A stretch of DNA of 64,000 nt from Octopus vulgaris (GCA_951406725.2 OX597817.1:104098001-104162000); one strand, 5' to 3'. Counted from the stretch's first letter, positions 12,701-25,107 are shown. The notes: a model not told the origin generated them from the sequence alone. A program made the numbers and translations.

Positions 12701-14786
12701 TTAGGCTGTCCGGAAAGTTCTGATCGTTTTTTTAATATGCAAAAAGGGATATAAATAATTGACCTTTCAATAAATTTTATTCATTGGAATAATTTCTGTT
12801 ATTATTAATGACCTTTGCCCATCTATCAGGCAATTTAAATATTCCATCAACATAAAATCTGACTGGTTTTGAAGGGAAAAAGTTATCTAGGTGCATTTTG
12901 ACTCCATCTAAATCGTTCAATGTTTTCCTTGCAATGAGTTCTGTAGAGACCAAAACAAGTCGTAGTCGGATGACGCAATATCAGGAGAATATGGTGGATG
13001 GGGTAAGAGATCCCAGCCAAGATCGTGTAACTTTGTTAGAGTCACCAAAGACGCATGTTGTCAGACATTATCTTGTTAGAAAACTACCCCTTTCCTGTTG
13101 GCAATCTCCGGCCTCAATTCTTTGGTCTTTTGGTTCAAATTAGCCAGCTGACGACAGTATACATCAAAATTAATGGTCTGGTTTTGTGGGAGAAGCTCAT
13201 AACAAATAATGCCTTTATGATCCCACCAAACACAAAGCATAGCTTTTTTGGCATGGATATTCGTCTTTGGTTACTGCTTTGGGGGATCCTTACGCGAACT
13301 CCAGGATGTTTTTCACACTACGTTTTCGTACACCATCCATTTGTCATCTCCAGTCACAAGTTGCTTTAAAAAAAGGCATGCTTTCATACCATTTCAAAAG
13401 CATATCACAAATGGAATCCCGGCCTAAGCAATTCTTTTTTGAAAGTTTGTGAGGGCCCATATATTATAGCGAGAAATGTATCCTATCTTCACAAATTGTT
13501 CATGAACAGTACTTTTAGAAACTTTCAACTCCTCTGCAAGTTCTCTAATTATGATATTTGAGTTTTCTTCGATTTTTACCTTCAAAACATCTTCATCCAA
13601 TTTTGAAGGTCTTCCACTGCGACTGTCATTTTTCAAGCTAAACTCCAGCTTTAAATTTTGCAAATCACCTTCAAACAGTTGATTCACCTACAGCTTCATC
13701 ACCATAAACTTCCAAAATGTTTTTGCAAGCCTTTTCAGCATTTTCTCTCTTTTTATAAAAGAAAATGCATTACAACGTGAATATGAAATTTTTGGTTATT
13801 CATTTCGGATCTTTTCGGTTTTAACATAATTTCTAGGTAACTAAAAAATTTTAAACTTCGTATACTGGTAGAATGTGTTTATAAAACATCATTTTCTCTT
13901 GGCTTTCTTGAGAAAATTCTATAGTTTGTAACAAATTTCGTCTTTAATTTCTTGCATTTCGGCAATTTTAACCAATCACTGGCGTCCATTGTGGTAAACA
14001 ACATTCTGTGCCACATGAATATGTCCCTCCTTTAAGAAACAGATTGGGTTTATTTACATTTGTGAAGAAAAAAGATACCCTTCCCCCACCCCTAACCCTA
14101 ACTAAACCTAAATCTAAAATATATTGAAATGCAATAGATCGATACTCGGATCATAATTATGGGTGACAATTTCATATGACAGCGCTCGAAAAACTGCCAA
14201 TTTCTCTAGCGGTGTCATATTAAATTGTCACCCATAATTATGATCCGAGTATCGATCTATTGCATTTCAATATATTTTAGATTTAGGTTTAGTTAGGGTT
14301 AGGGTTAGGGTTAGGGGTGGGGGGAAGGGTATCTTTTTTCTTCACAAATGTAAATAAACCCAATCTGTTTCTTAAAGGAGGGACATATTCATGCGGCACA
14401 GAATGTTGTTTACCACAATGGACGCCAGTGATTGCTTAAAATTGCCGAAATGCAAGAAATTAAAGACGAAGTATGTTACAAACTATCGAATTTTCTCAAG
14501 AAGGCCAAGAGAAAATGATGTTTTATAAACACATTCTACCAGTATACGAAGTTTAAAATTTTTTTAGTTACCTAGAAATTATGTTAAAAACTGCCGTTCA
14601 AACCGAAAAGATCCTTCATTTCAAATATCAATAAAGGGTAACCGGAATGAAAGAGAAATCTATTTTTAGTCAGGAACAAAGAAGAAATGCATTACCACTG
14701 CAAGCAACGCCAAAATTTTCAGGTGTGTTCAATGAAGCCTTAAAAGATTTAGTCTAAAAACACTCAGAACTTTCCAGACAGCTTAA
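12701..14786 (-). mobile_element. Full-length decayed mariner transposon interrupted by a foldback element
   Basis: TIRs ttaggctgtccggaaagttctga and tcagaactttccagacagcttaa, TA-flanked; transposase on - (MNNQKFHI.., DSRSGRPSKLDED, SKSTVH, DNMRL, HHIL..PSD) at ~12780-13803. Confidence 0.92.
13807..14614. mobile_element. Non-autonomous foldback/MITE (GG...CC ends, 8-bp TSD; Merlin-like) carrying telomere-like repeats
   Basis: ~380-bp near-perfect inverted arms; TSD TTCATTTC at 13799-13806 and 14615-14622; ccctaaccctaa / ttagggttagggttaggg inside the arms. Confidence 0.9.
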
Positions 14787-14791
14787 TATAT

Positions 14792-15586
14792 ATGTAGTGG
14801 ATCTTGCAAGCATGAAGTGGATTTGATCCACCAAAGCCAAATTTAAATTAACACTGCAACAGAACTGTTCCCACGGTGGAACAATGGTGTTTCTCTGACA
14901 GCAGTTTTACATTTTCCAGATGCCTTTAGCTAGGCCGAAATAATGTCTTCACCACTTGACCCTTTCTAACCTCTTCTACTTCACCAAAAGCTAGAATAGA
15001 GATAACAAGACCACCAACTAAATCTATTGTTCTTAATGATATATCTATCCTTCTGGATAGTTATATAAGCAAGCACACCCCCAAGCAAAAATCAGTTAGT
15101 CACAGTCGCTGACGACTAAACGAGTTCAGTCACATGGTGACGACTCAATGACAACGAAATCTGGCTGACTAGCTACAACCTTGGTCAGAGATGGAAATGA
15201 AGTTTACTGTCAGCAACTGTGAGATGACGTCCCACACCCTACAACTCTCACTAACTCTAATTCTGTTCTCTTACAACATCATTCTACTCTCTCCGCAATT
15301 ACTACTAAACAATGAAGAGGAACACAAACACAAACTTTACTTCGCATGCTTTTGGATTTATCATTAACCTGCCCGTCGAGGCAAGGTTTTGTAACGTAAC
15401 AGTAAATAAATACTTTCGTAAAACTTTATGCATTGTTAATCTTTCACATCCTACAGTATGCAATTATAACCACAAATTTTTATCGTTACAACTGCTGACA
15501 CCGACATCTCATGATATTGTTTACTAATCAATCTCAACCGCAACAGCTGGTGACCCTTGACTCCTATTAAACACTTTATCGTTACA
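14792..15586 (+). mobile_element. Possible LTR-derived segment
   Basis: TG...CA bounded, TA-run flanks, AATAAA near 15405, PBS-like tggtgaccc at ~15548; no coding support. Confidence 0.3.
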
Positions 15587-15929
15587 TATATATAATATCC
15601 GTCTAAGAATCCATAAGTCATAAAAAATATGCATTCGTATATTTGTCAATGGAGTGGATATACTAATCGAAGTGCACAGAATTATAAATACATTACGGTC
15701 GATCCTACCAATCGTTTTCCCACTAGAGATTCAACGGAGTGTTAGATAACAACCCGATTATGTAAATCTGCGCTCTTCGGAGATCGCAGCTATGGAAGAA
15801 AATACAGCGACTACCCTCTATTGTTGGCGAGGAAAAGATACATCAGGTTTATGGTTGCTATGTAAAAGACGACGAAATGAACCGAGCAAGGATTAAGTTA
15901 TGTCCCTTAGCACGATAAACGGGCTCCTG

Positions 15930-16529
15930 GTGTGTTGCACGGTGACGAAAAGCTTCTGGAGAAGTGTGTATGAAAAATATGTGTATGTTATCTGTTTGGT
16001 GGGATATGGAAGGCTTAGTCCACTTTGAACTTTTAAACCCAAACCAAATGATAACTAAGGAGATCTACTGCGAGCAGCCTGGACGGCTTAAGTCAGCACT
16101 AGAAGAAAAACGACCATCTTTGGTTTCAAGATAAAAAGTGCTCTTCCATTAGGATAATGCTCGACCACATACAGCGAGGATAACATTCCAAAGGCTGGAG
16201 CAGTTTGAATAGGAAACGATGCCCCACCACATTCCTCCATATTCACCAGACATTGCCCCGTCTGATTATCATTTATTCCGCAATCTTCAAAATCATTTGG
16301 ACGGAAAAAATATGAATTCTGTAGACGAGGTCAGAACAGTAATGGAGGAGTACTTTTTGTCACGGACAAGTGAATTTTTGTAAGAGTGGCCTTCCAAGTC
16401 TACCAGATAGATAGAAGAGCATTGTAGAAAACGAAGGAGAGTATATTTTAGATTAAAAAGAGAACTTTATCTTAATTTTGAAAAATAAAAAGTTTAAGAA
16501 AACCGCATTATTTATGGGTTGGCCCAATG
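15930..16529 (+). mobile_element. mariner (DD34D-type) transposon, 3' half
   Basis: WWDMEGLVHFELL, DNARPHT, PYSPDIAPSDYHLFRNLQNHL; TIR-like end aaccgcattatttatgggttggcccaat. Confidence 0.9.
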
Positions 16530-17117
16530 TGTGTGTGTATTGCGGGAAACAGTAATTTTCGCTTTCAGATGCTGCAGTCGCACACGCGCTTGTGTGCGTG
16601 CGTGCGTAAGCGCATTCGTGCGTTCGTGCGTTCGTGCATGCGTGCGAGCGTTCGTTAGTGCGTTCGTTCATGCGTGCGTATGTATACATTCAGCGTGATT
16701 ATGTGGCTAAGAATCCTGCTTCCAAATGATGCTGAGTTCAGTCCCACTGCGCAGCATCTTGGGCAAGAGCATTCTACTATATCAAGGGGGCCAATAATGC
16801 CTTGTGATTTTACACTTTGTTGTATTGTCTATTGCTATGACGATACTTTTTTTTTACACTATAACCGTGTATAAACATTACTCCTCACCAAAGCTTTCAA
16901 TCTAGGCATTCCCGGGTGTCCACTATGAAATTTATGTGACATCTGTTTCTGCAGTGCAGTTGATACTATCACACTTTGTGCGTACATTAATACATCGTCG
17001 CGGAGTGAAAAATGGTTCGCATTTATGTTAAAGCATTAAAGTAATGTTGTAAGCGGACTCACCCAAGTGAGAAGTGGACTGTTCTACTACTGATAAATAA
17101 TGGACAGTTACAGCAAG

Positions 17118-18657
17118 CAGTGTCATGCACAGACCCAATATTTTGGTTGTGGCAGTGTGTGTTTTTGAAATCTTTACGATTCCGTTGAAGTAAGTGTGAT
17201 ATTGTTGTAATTGTTAAAGGTCTCCCCACGTGGATGTATCACGTTTGTTACTTGTTGAAATTGCTGTTTTAATAACGAGTGTTTATTGAATTGTGTTTTT
17301 CTTCCCATTTACGGGAGAGCCGGAGAGACGAAGTGAAACTGGACCAGCAAATAGCCACAGTTATGCGGCTGCAACTGGCAAAGGAAAAGAAGTAGAAACT
17401 TTGGAAGTTCGAGAAGTTAAAATTGAGCCAAGAAAGCTGAAAGAAAGCAGCAAGCTATTGGAAAAGGAGGGCCACAACCTTAAATTGATGTCCAGTTGAC
17501 TTAACAAAGGGAGTTTAAAAAAAAGGACAGTGATATACAAAATACTGAAGGTATTGACAAGGAAAATAGAAATAGCTACGATAGAAGACATCAAGAAGTG
17601 TTTAAAAGAAGTAAAAAAGACCACCATGTTTATAACAAGTGGAAGAAGATATGGCACAGTGGAGGTGCGATTCGCAAGCGAAGAAGAAACGATAAAGCAC
17701 TTTACTTATGCCATAAAGACAGAAGAGTGGGTACTCCTACCAACATACTGTGGCAAGCGAGTTGTCAGAGTAAGGGTGGGAAAAGTGCTACCAGAGTTCG
17801 ATGAAACACAGTTGGTTGCTGCAATAATGTACAACATGGAGGAGGATGCGAAAATCCTCAGAGTTACGAGAACGAAAAGAGTGAACTGATGGTGATACAG
17901 AATCGAGATGGCAGTGCAGACAAATGTGAGTGACATGAATAAGATTCCAGAAGAAATAATATTACCAGAAGATATGCGATTGAGAGTGGTGATGAATAGC
18001 AGGCCTCCCATATGCTACTTGTGTGACGAGAAAGACCACATGAAGGCGAGGTGCCTCCAGAGAGAAGAGAAAGAGCAACAAATAGAGCAGTCTGAGGAAC
18101 AGGAGAAGGTGAACTACGTGGTCCAGGAGGATGAGAAGACAACAGGAATAGAGGAGGAATTTGAAGTGGTGAAAAAACGAAAAAAGAAAGAAAGAATGGG
18201 CTCTATACCGGAGAGACAGAAAAAGAAAATAGAAGCAGAAAAAGGTGGGGAAGGAAGTCGTAAAAGTGGCTGAAAAGAAAGTCATTGAAAATGAGGTTGA
18301 GAAAGAGGTAGGAAAGGCGGTTTAGAGGAAGGTTATGGAAGAGGAGGAGGAGATAGAAGCAAGCATACTAGAGAACCTTTTAGGCCAGCAAAGAGAAGAA
18401 ACAGTGACACTAACCAGAATGGAGGAGGTGGCGCCAAGAGTGGAACATGACAAACAAGCAAGAAGACAAAGAAAATATAGCTGGAATTTCGTGACATATG
18501 CTAAGAGCATATATACCGAAAGAGTGATAACAAAGCTTAAATCCGTTAAAGGGGTTAAGTTGCCCAAGGAGAGGTTTTTTGTCCCCACTGTGGTGTTCTG
18601 TCTGTCCTTGTGCTGTCCTCTCTTTGTCATGGCCTAGATGCCAAATAAAAAGAATTA
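17118..18657 (+). mobile_element. ORF1(gag)-only non-LTR retroelement, copy 1 (decayed)
   Basis: SYAAA, RYGTVEVRF (RRM-like), LRVV..RPPICYLCDEKDHMKARC zinc knuckle, E/K-rich region; ends in ccccactgtggtgttct...gccaaataaaaagaa; no EN/RT. Confidence 0.8.
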
Positions 18658-20350
18658 CAGTCACCGACCCAATTTTGTTAGTGTTAAATCACTTTTGATT
18701 TCTGTTGACGTAAGTCTTTGTTTAATTTGTTAAATACCGTTGCTGTTTTTGTCTGCGAGCCGGTTAAATTTTGTGTTTGTCTTCTTCCCCATTTTGGGGC
18801 GAAGTAACTGTAAAAAGGAAAATGGAGTGTGCTATGCTTCAGCAGCTGGGAAAGGTGCAGATTCGCTAGAAATGCGAGAAATTAAAATTGAACAAAGGAA
18901 GCTAAATGCTGATTCAGAAGGAGGGATCCAGTTTTAAACTGATCCCTCCAGAAAAAGTGACAACAAGTACCAAGAAAAAACAGTGGTGTACAGAACACTA
19001 TCTACAACCACAAATAAAATAGAGAAATAGAGATAGCTACGGAAGAAGCAATTGAAGAATGTCTTAAGGAAATTAAGCAGCTGACAACATTCTATACAAG
19101 AGGAAGAGAATATGGCACAGTGGAGGTAAAATTTGACAACGAACAGGAGGCAATAAATCACTCCACTGTGACATTGAAAGGGAAAAATGGGTACTCCTAC
19201 CTATCAACTACAACAAAAGGATCGCCAGAGTGAGAATAGGTAGAGTGCCACCAGAAATCAAAGAAGCGTGGCTAGTGGCAGCCGTAATGCACAAAACTGA
19301 GGAAGACGTCAAAATTCTAAAGATGACAAGGACAAAGAAGGTAAATTGAAGGGGATACAGACTAGAAATGGTCATTCAGGTCGGACAACAAGATCTAAAT
19401 GAAATTGCTGAAGAAATAATACTGCTGGAGGACATAAGGTTGAGAGTGGTCGTAGAAGGAAGGCCACCAACTTGCTATCAATGCGGCGAAAAAGGACATA
19501 TTAGAGGAAAGTATCCCCAGATAGAAAATATAAACGAGGAAAGCCAACAGGAGCAGAATGCCGAAGTGGCGGACCTAGAAAATGAAAAATGCACAAAAGA
19601 AATGGACGAACCATTTACAGAAGTAACCAAAAGAAAAAGGAAAAAACTAGTGAACTCACCTCCGAAGAGTCCAATAAACAAAAAGAAGGAGAGTGAAATA
19701 GACTGTACACATTTTCCACTACATGAACCTCTACCAGCATCAACAACGAAGGAAAAAGAAAAGGAAACTATCACAGACAACCCAATTACACCGCAAGAAC
19801 GAACAGTCAAAAGACCCGGAAAAAACAAATGCCATATGGTAACATATACAAAAAAATCACAGATATAGAAGGAAAAATCACTAAATTTAAATCGGTAATA
19901 AGAGTCAAATTACCAACGAAACATTACCCAGAAAGTACAAAAGCCATAGCTATAGACAAAGAAAGATATGAGAAATTGAAGAAATGATTTGGAAACAAAA
20001 TAGATCCAATGGGAGTGAGGGTAGAGTTTGACGACCTACCACCAGTTATAGATTAGGGCGACTTGTTGCCATATATAAAATGGTAAAGCGCAAGTAAGCT
20101 TTTAAAATTTTAAAGACTACACATACGATACTAAAAGGGAAAAAAGAGGAAAAAATGATATAAAAAAAACTTTGTATTAAAACAGTTAAATGGTACTGCT
20201 TGAGAGTGGGGCTCAAGCAGCCATTACATCCTCATTTAATTATTATCCATCTCCCATTCATTCTTTTTGTTTTTGCCCCCACTGTGGTGTTCTATCTGTC
20301 CTTGTGCCGTCCCCCTCTGTGTCATGGCCTGTGTGCCAAATAAGAAAAAC
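18658..20350 (+). mobile_element. ORF1(gag)-only non-LTR retroelement, copy 2 (decayed)
   Basis: CYASAA, EYGTVEVKF, LRVVVEGRPPTCYQCGEKGHIRGKYP; ORF ends ~20056; 3' UTR hairpin ctgcttgag..ctcaagcag; same ~70-bp tail at 20277-20350. Confidence 0.8.
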
Positions 20351-20417
20351 AGTCGGCAAGGAATACCGTACGGATCAGTCACGCAGACGACGAAATACGT
20401 AGTCATAACGCGGGACA

Positions 20418-21452
20418 TCTATATATATAAAACTGTAGTTGTGTGAGTGTCTGTCCCCTTCGATTTAGATTCCTAACTACTCCCACATTTTGCGGTGCAG
20501 TTTAACCAAATTCGGGTATCTTATGGTCGTGATTCATATCGAGCCCGTCTGGGTATTAGCGCGCGTCTACGATGAGTCTACGATTTTAAAAATAATTTAA
20601 CATCATTTTTTTCCATTTTAACGCATATTTTTTCGTGTGTCGATGGCGGCGGAGTTGGCGTCCATGCTCACACCTGCACCTGTTTTGCTTCTCCCCCTTC
20701 TTCCCTCCCTCGTGAAGCTGTGGGGAAGGGAGTGTAAGGAAATCAACGTCGTAAAGCGTTGTCAAGGAGACCAGCGTTCTTTTAGAACAACGACTTCATG
20801 GCTTGAAGTCGTCAAAACAGAAATCGCTAAAAATGCTGAAACAGATCCACAAAAACGGCAAAAGCCGCCACACAGGGCAGGTTTCCTGTGCAAACAATTT
20901 GCACAACCGAATGTTTTAGTTGTTGCACAAATCTTTATATCTATATATATAAAACTGTAGTTGTGTGAGTGTCTGTCCCCTTCGATTTAGATTCCTAACT
21001 ACTCCCACATTTTGCGGTGCAGTTTAACCAAATTCGGGTATCTTATAGTCGTGATTCATATCGAGCCCGTCTGAGTATTAGCGCGCGTCTACGATGAGTC
21101 TACGATTTTAAAAATAATTTAATATAATTTTTTATTCCATTTTAGTGCATAATTTTTCGTGTGTCGATGGCGGCGGAGTTGGCGTCCATGGTCACACCTG
21201 CACCTGTTTGCTTCTCCCCCTTCTTCCCTCCCTCGTGAAGCTGTGGGGAAGGGAGTGTAAGGAAACCAACATCGTAAAGCGTTGTCAAGGAGACCAGCGT
21301 TCTTTTAGAACAACGACTTCATGGCTTGAAGACACCAAAACAGAAATGGCTAAGAAAGCCCGAATTGGTATCTATAAGGGAAGTAACTCTCTAAAAATGC
21401 TTATATAGTTATTTCCCTTACAAACCCGAGCAACGCCGGGCGATACTGCTAG
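20418..21452 (+). mobile_element. Non-autonomous Helitron with duplicated 5' portion
   Basis: a|TCTATATATATAAAAC start at 20418 and again at 20940; 3' hairpin cccgagcaacgccggg then CTAG|t at 21449-21452. Confidence 0.9.
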
Positions 21453-21950
21453 TATCAAATAATGAAATAAACCCAAACTTAAAACACTTCAAAGTTAAAC
21501 AACCTTGTAGTCAAATAATTGACACTGAGATAAGTCTTATTCAAACTCTTGTGATCATAGTCACACAAACGACATGCAAAACCAACTCAAGTTTGTAATA
21601 AAAGTGATCGTTAAAATGTAGACAAACCACTGACATCATGACTATAATCACCATCACCACTTAAAAATCGAAACAGAATCATCCTATTCACGTTTACAAA
21701 TAACTGAATAACAATAATCAGAGTATCATCAATGATTGACGTCAGTAAAATAACTCATTCAAGTCTGAAAAACATTTTAACCATTTTTTATCAGTTGCTA
21801 GCTGACCGCTCAAATACATTAAATCTAGCAGATCTTTAACTCATTAAATCCCAGTTGTTGTAAACAAGCACCTTGCTTCGGTAAACAACTTATGGGATGG
21901 TCATTTAACAATTTCATTTTTGGTGCCCTTTTTCTGTGTGATGTTTATGG

Positions 21951-23648
21951 TGTTATGGGCTGTGATGAGCTATGTGGTTTTGGTGGAGAGGATTGCAGAT
22001 GAGGTAAACGGAAGTGAAGACTGCAGGGGCCGGCGGAAGAGCCACAGAGGCATGTGTGGTCAAAAAGCACGTGCGGGCAGTTCGATGAGAGACGGCAGCG
22101 TACAAGGACGTGTTTATTCGTGGCAGTGAATAGGTCAACAGTTAAGGTCTCTGTATTTCTTTCTCCCTTTTGCTTCTTTTTCTGTTGTCTTTTTCCTCCA
22201 TCACACTACAAGCTATTTCGGCCTATAAAAAAAAAAAAAAAAAACGAATGATGAGTGTAGTCTGTATTTCGAACGATATGATCAAAACATTTTGCGGTGA
22301 CACAGATGTAGTCGTTTGGTTGAAAAAGATGAAGTTGGTGGCGAAGCTCCACGGTATAAACGACTTAGCGAGTTTTATACCGCTGTACCTAGATGGTTCG
22401 GCGTTGGCACTATACCTAGAAATGGAAGAGAGGGACCAACTTAGCGCGGAAAAATGGAAATCCGTTTGATGGAGGCCTTTGCAGAAGGAATGTTCGAAGC
22501 GTACGCTTGCCTGGGGAAAGCAAAGTGGACCGGCGAACAGGTCGACGTATTTGCGAACGAACTCAGAAGATCGGCTAAACTGGCGGGACATGAGGGAGAA
22601 TCACTGGACCGAACAGTTAAGTTAGCGTTTGTGACTGGCTTTCCTGACACATGTCGGTCGAGTTGCAAAAGCTGCCGAACATTAACTCTATGGCGATGGC
22701 AGACATTATATCTCGGGCTCGCGTGTTAGTTTCGTGTTGCAGGACGACGCCAGTAGCAGCGACTGCAACAATGAAAAGTCGCCGAGCAAGGAGTAGCGGA
22801 AAGGAGGTCAAACAAGGAACGTGTGCGACCATTCAAAGGAGAGTGTTTTCGGTGTCAGGGCCCGCACATGGTACGAGACTGCGAGCCACCCAAGCCTGAT
22901 ACCATTTGGTACCGGTGTCGAGAAACAGGACATATAGCCAGCGAATGTCCGCGGGGAAACTGTCTGAGGGAGACTACTGCTCCGGTAGTTATCCCTTCGG
23001 ATCAATAGAGGCGCGTTTATCGTCATTACCTGTAGTCGACATTCTGGTGGAGGGGAAGATGTCACGAGCCCTTGTGGATACGGGCTGTACGACGACCCTG
23101 ATGACTCCAGAAGTGGTAGAGACGTGGAGTGGAGAAAGCAGTGTAAGAGCAGTCGACGGGAGAGAAGTACACTGTGAAGGCATTACAGATGCGCAGATTG
23201 TGGTGTAGGGAACAAAGCTGACGCTGCGAGCAATTGTAGTTGGCCACTTGGTGGACGAGATTGACGTGATGATGGGGATGGATACAATCACCCGTTTAGG
23301 AGGTGTCACTGTCAACAAGGCCGGTGTAACGTTCGGGTTTGCAGGGAAACCGTGTATGGCGAGACCGTGCATTGGTGAGAACCGCGAAGAAAAGTATGCT
23401 GCACACATCATTGAAGACCGGGTCTTTCGTACTGTCTTCGATGGCCAGAGGTGGACAGTGGAGTGATACTGGAAGGGAGAGCCCCCGACGTTAAAAAATA
23501 AAGTGGGCTGCCATCAGCATACTCTGAAAGGAGATGCCAGAAGTGAGTTCGAGGGGGAGGTGGAGCCGTGGATTAAGGAGTACATATTGATCCCTTGGGA
23601 AGAAGAAGTAGAGAGCGGAGTCTTGCCGTTGATGGCCAGCTTGCAGCC
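21951..23648 (+). mobile_element. Gypsy-type LTR retrotransposon fragment: possible LTR (21951-22210), gag, protease, start of RT
   Basis: WLKKMKLVAKL, zinc knuckles CFRCQGPHMVRDC and YRCRETGHIASEC, protease ALVDTGC, ends at GVLPLMA. Confidence 0.85.
22954..22998 (+). other. -1 programmed ribosomal frameshift signal (gag to pro)
   Basis: G GGA AAC slippery heptamer in gag frame, 5-nt spacer, stem gagggagactac...gtagttatcccttc; protease lies in the -1 frame. Confidence 0.8.
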
Positions 23649-24325
23649 TTAGTGTTAGAAATATATACAGGAATCCCTAGCTTTATGGGTGTAATGCGTT
23701 CCTGAAAAATCTTGCCGTAACACGAAATTATGTCATGCAAAATTAATTTTCCTATTGATTTCATATTATCAAGTGAGATTACGTTTCTACGGACTTTTTC
23801 GAAAAAGAGAACAGAAAAAAGATAAAAAACAGAACAACACGATTACCTCTATACATAAAAAAAATATCAATTTATTAGCATACACGGTACAATATAGATA
23901 TATAAAAACACGAAAACATTTCAAGAGGAATACGTTGTTGAGTTAATAAGAATATCGTTAAGGACAATATTTACTATCTTATAACTCATTATCAGGAAAA
24001 TCAGCTTGCGGGGTGAAGAACTTATCCAAAGTTGTTTGCTGATTATGACGCATTATCTCTTTGTACTGATAAGTATACGAACTGAGCTCATTGTAAACTC
24101 CTCTTGTAATTTTTATGTTACGTTCACATTTAGGATCATTATCAACAAAACCACTGCAGACTTGCCCCTATAAGTGCCAACTTTTAAGTAATGATAGTTT
24201 TTGTAGTCAAGTTAAGTGGTGTACATGGAACTTCCATTATCTCATCTGCATTTACAGTTTCATACTATATGCTGTTGTTACTGTTGGTGTTTGTGTTGGT
24301 ATTCACGATAGAAACGCGCGCGCTC

Positions 24326-24425
24326 ACACACACACACACACATACATACATACATACATACATACATACATACATACATACATACATACATACATACATA
24401 CATACATACATACATACATACACAC
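24326..24425. repeat. (CA)n/(CATA)n microsatellite
   Basis: Direct. Confidence 0.95.
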
Positions 24426-24436
24426 AGAAACATTCA

Positions 24437-24790
24437 GCGCAGGTGTGGCTGTGTGGTGAGAAGCTTACTTCCCAACCACAAGGTTCCGGGTTCAGTTCCA
24501 TTGCGCGACACCTTGGCAAGTGTCGCCTACAATATCCTCGGGTCGACCAAAGCCTTGTGAATGGATTTGGTAGACGGAAGCTGAAATAAGCATGTCGCGC
24601 GCGCGCGTATCTCCTACAAATGTTGGTGTATTTACGTCCCCGTAACTTAGCGATTCGGCAAAAGAGACCGATACAATAAGTAGGCTTGCGAAGAATAGGT
24701 CCTGGGGTCGATTTCTTTCGACTAAAGGCGGTGCTCCAGCATGACCGAAGTCACATGACTGAAACAAGTAAAAGAGTAAATTAGAGTATA
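24437..24790 (+). mobile_element. Octopus-type tRNA-derived SINE (family also at 38676-39050, 60665-61025; partial at 16700, 42210, 49262, 62870)
   Basis: A/B-box head gtggctgtgtggtgag...ggttcagttcc; body cttggcaagtgtc..gaccaaagccttgtg; tail gactgaaacaagtaaaagagta. Confidence 0.9.
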
Positions 24791-24944
24791 TGTATAAGTT
24801 AAAAAAACATTTAATAAATGCACAGACAAACGGAAAATAGACACAGAGAGTCGGTGTTTGCCGTTTGTCTGTGCCTCTGCTATACGTTTTTTAATATTTA
24901 ATAGAATGCCACGTACTGTCCCTTATTTTGTTTACAGCGTTTAT

Positions 24945-24945
24945 A

Positions 24946-25036
<91 letters not shown>

Positions 25037-25055
25037 GCACACACACATACACACA

Positions 25056-25105
<50 letters not shown>
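24945..25105. repeat. Compound (TA)n/(TG)n microsatellite
   Basis: Direct. Confidence 0.95.
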
Positions 25106-25107
<2 letters not shown>

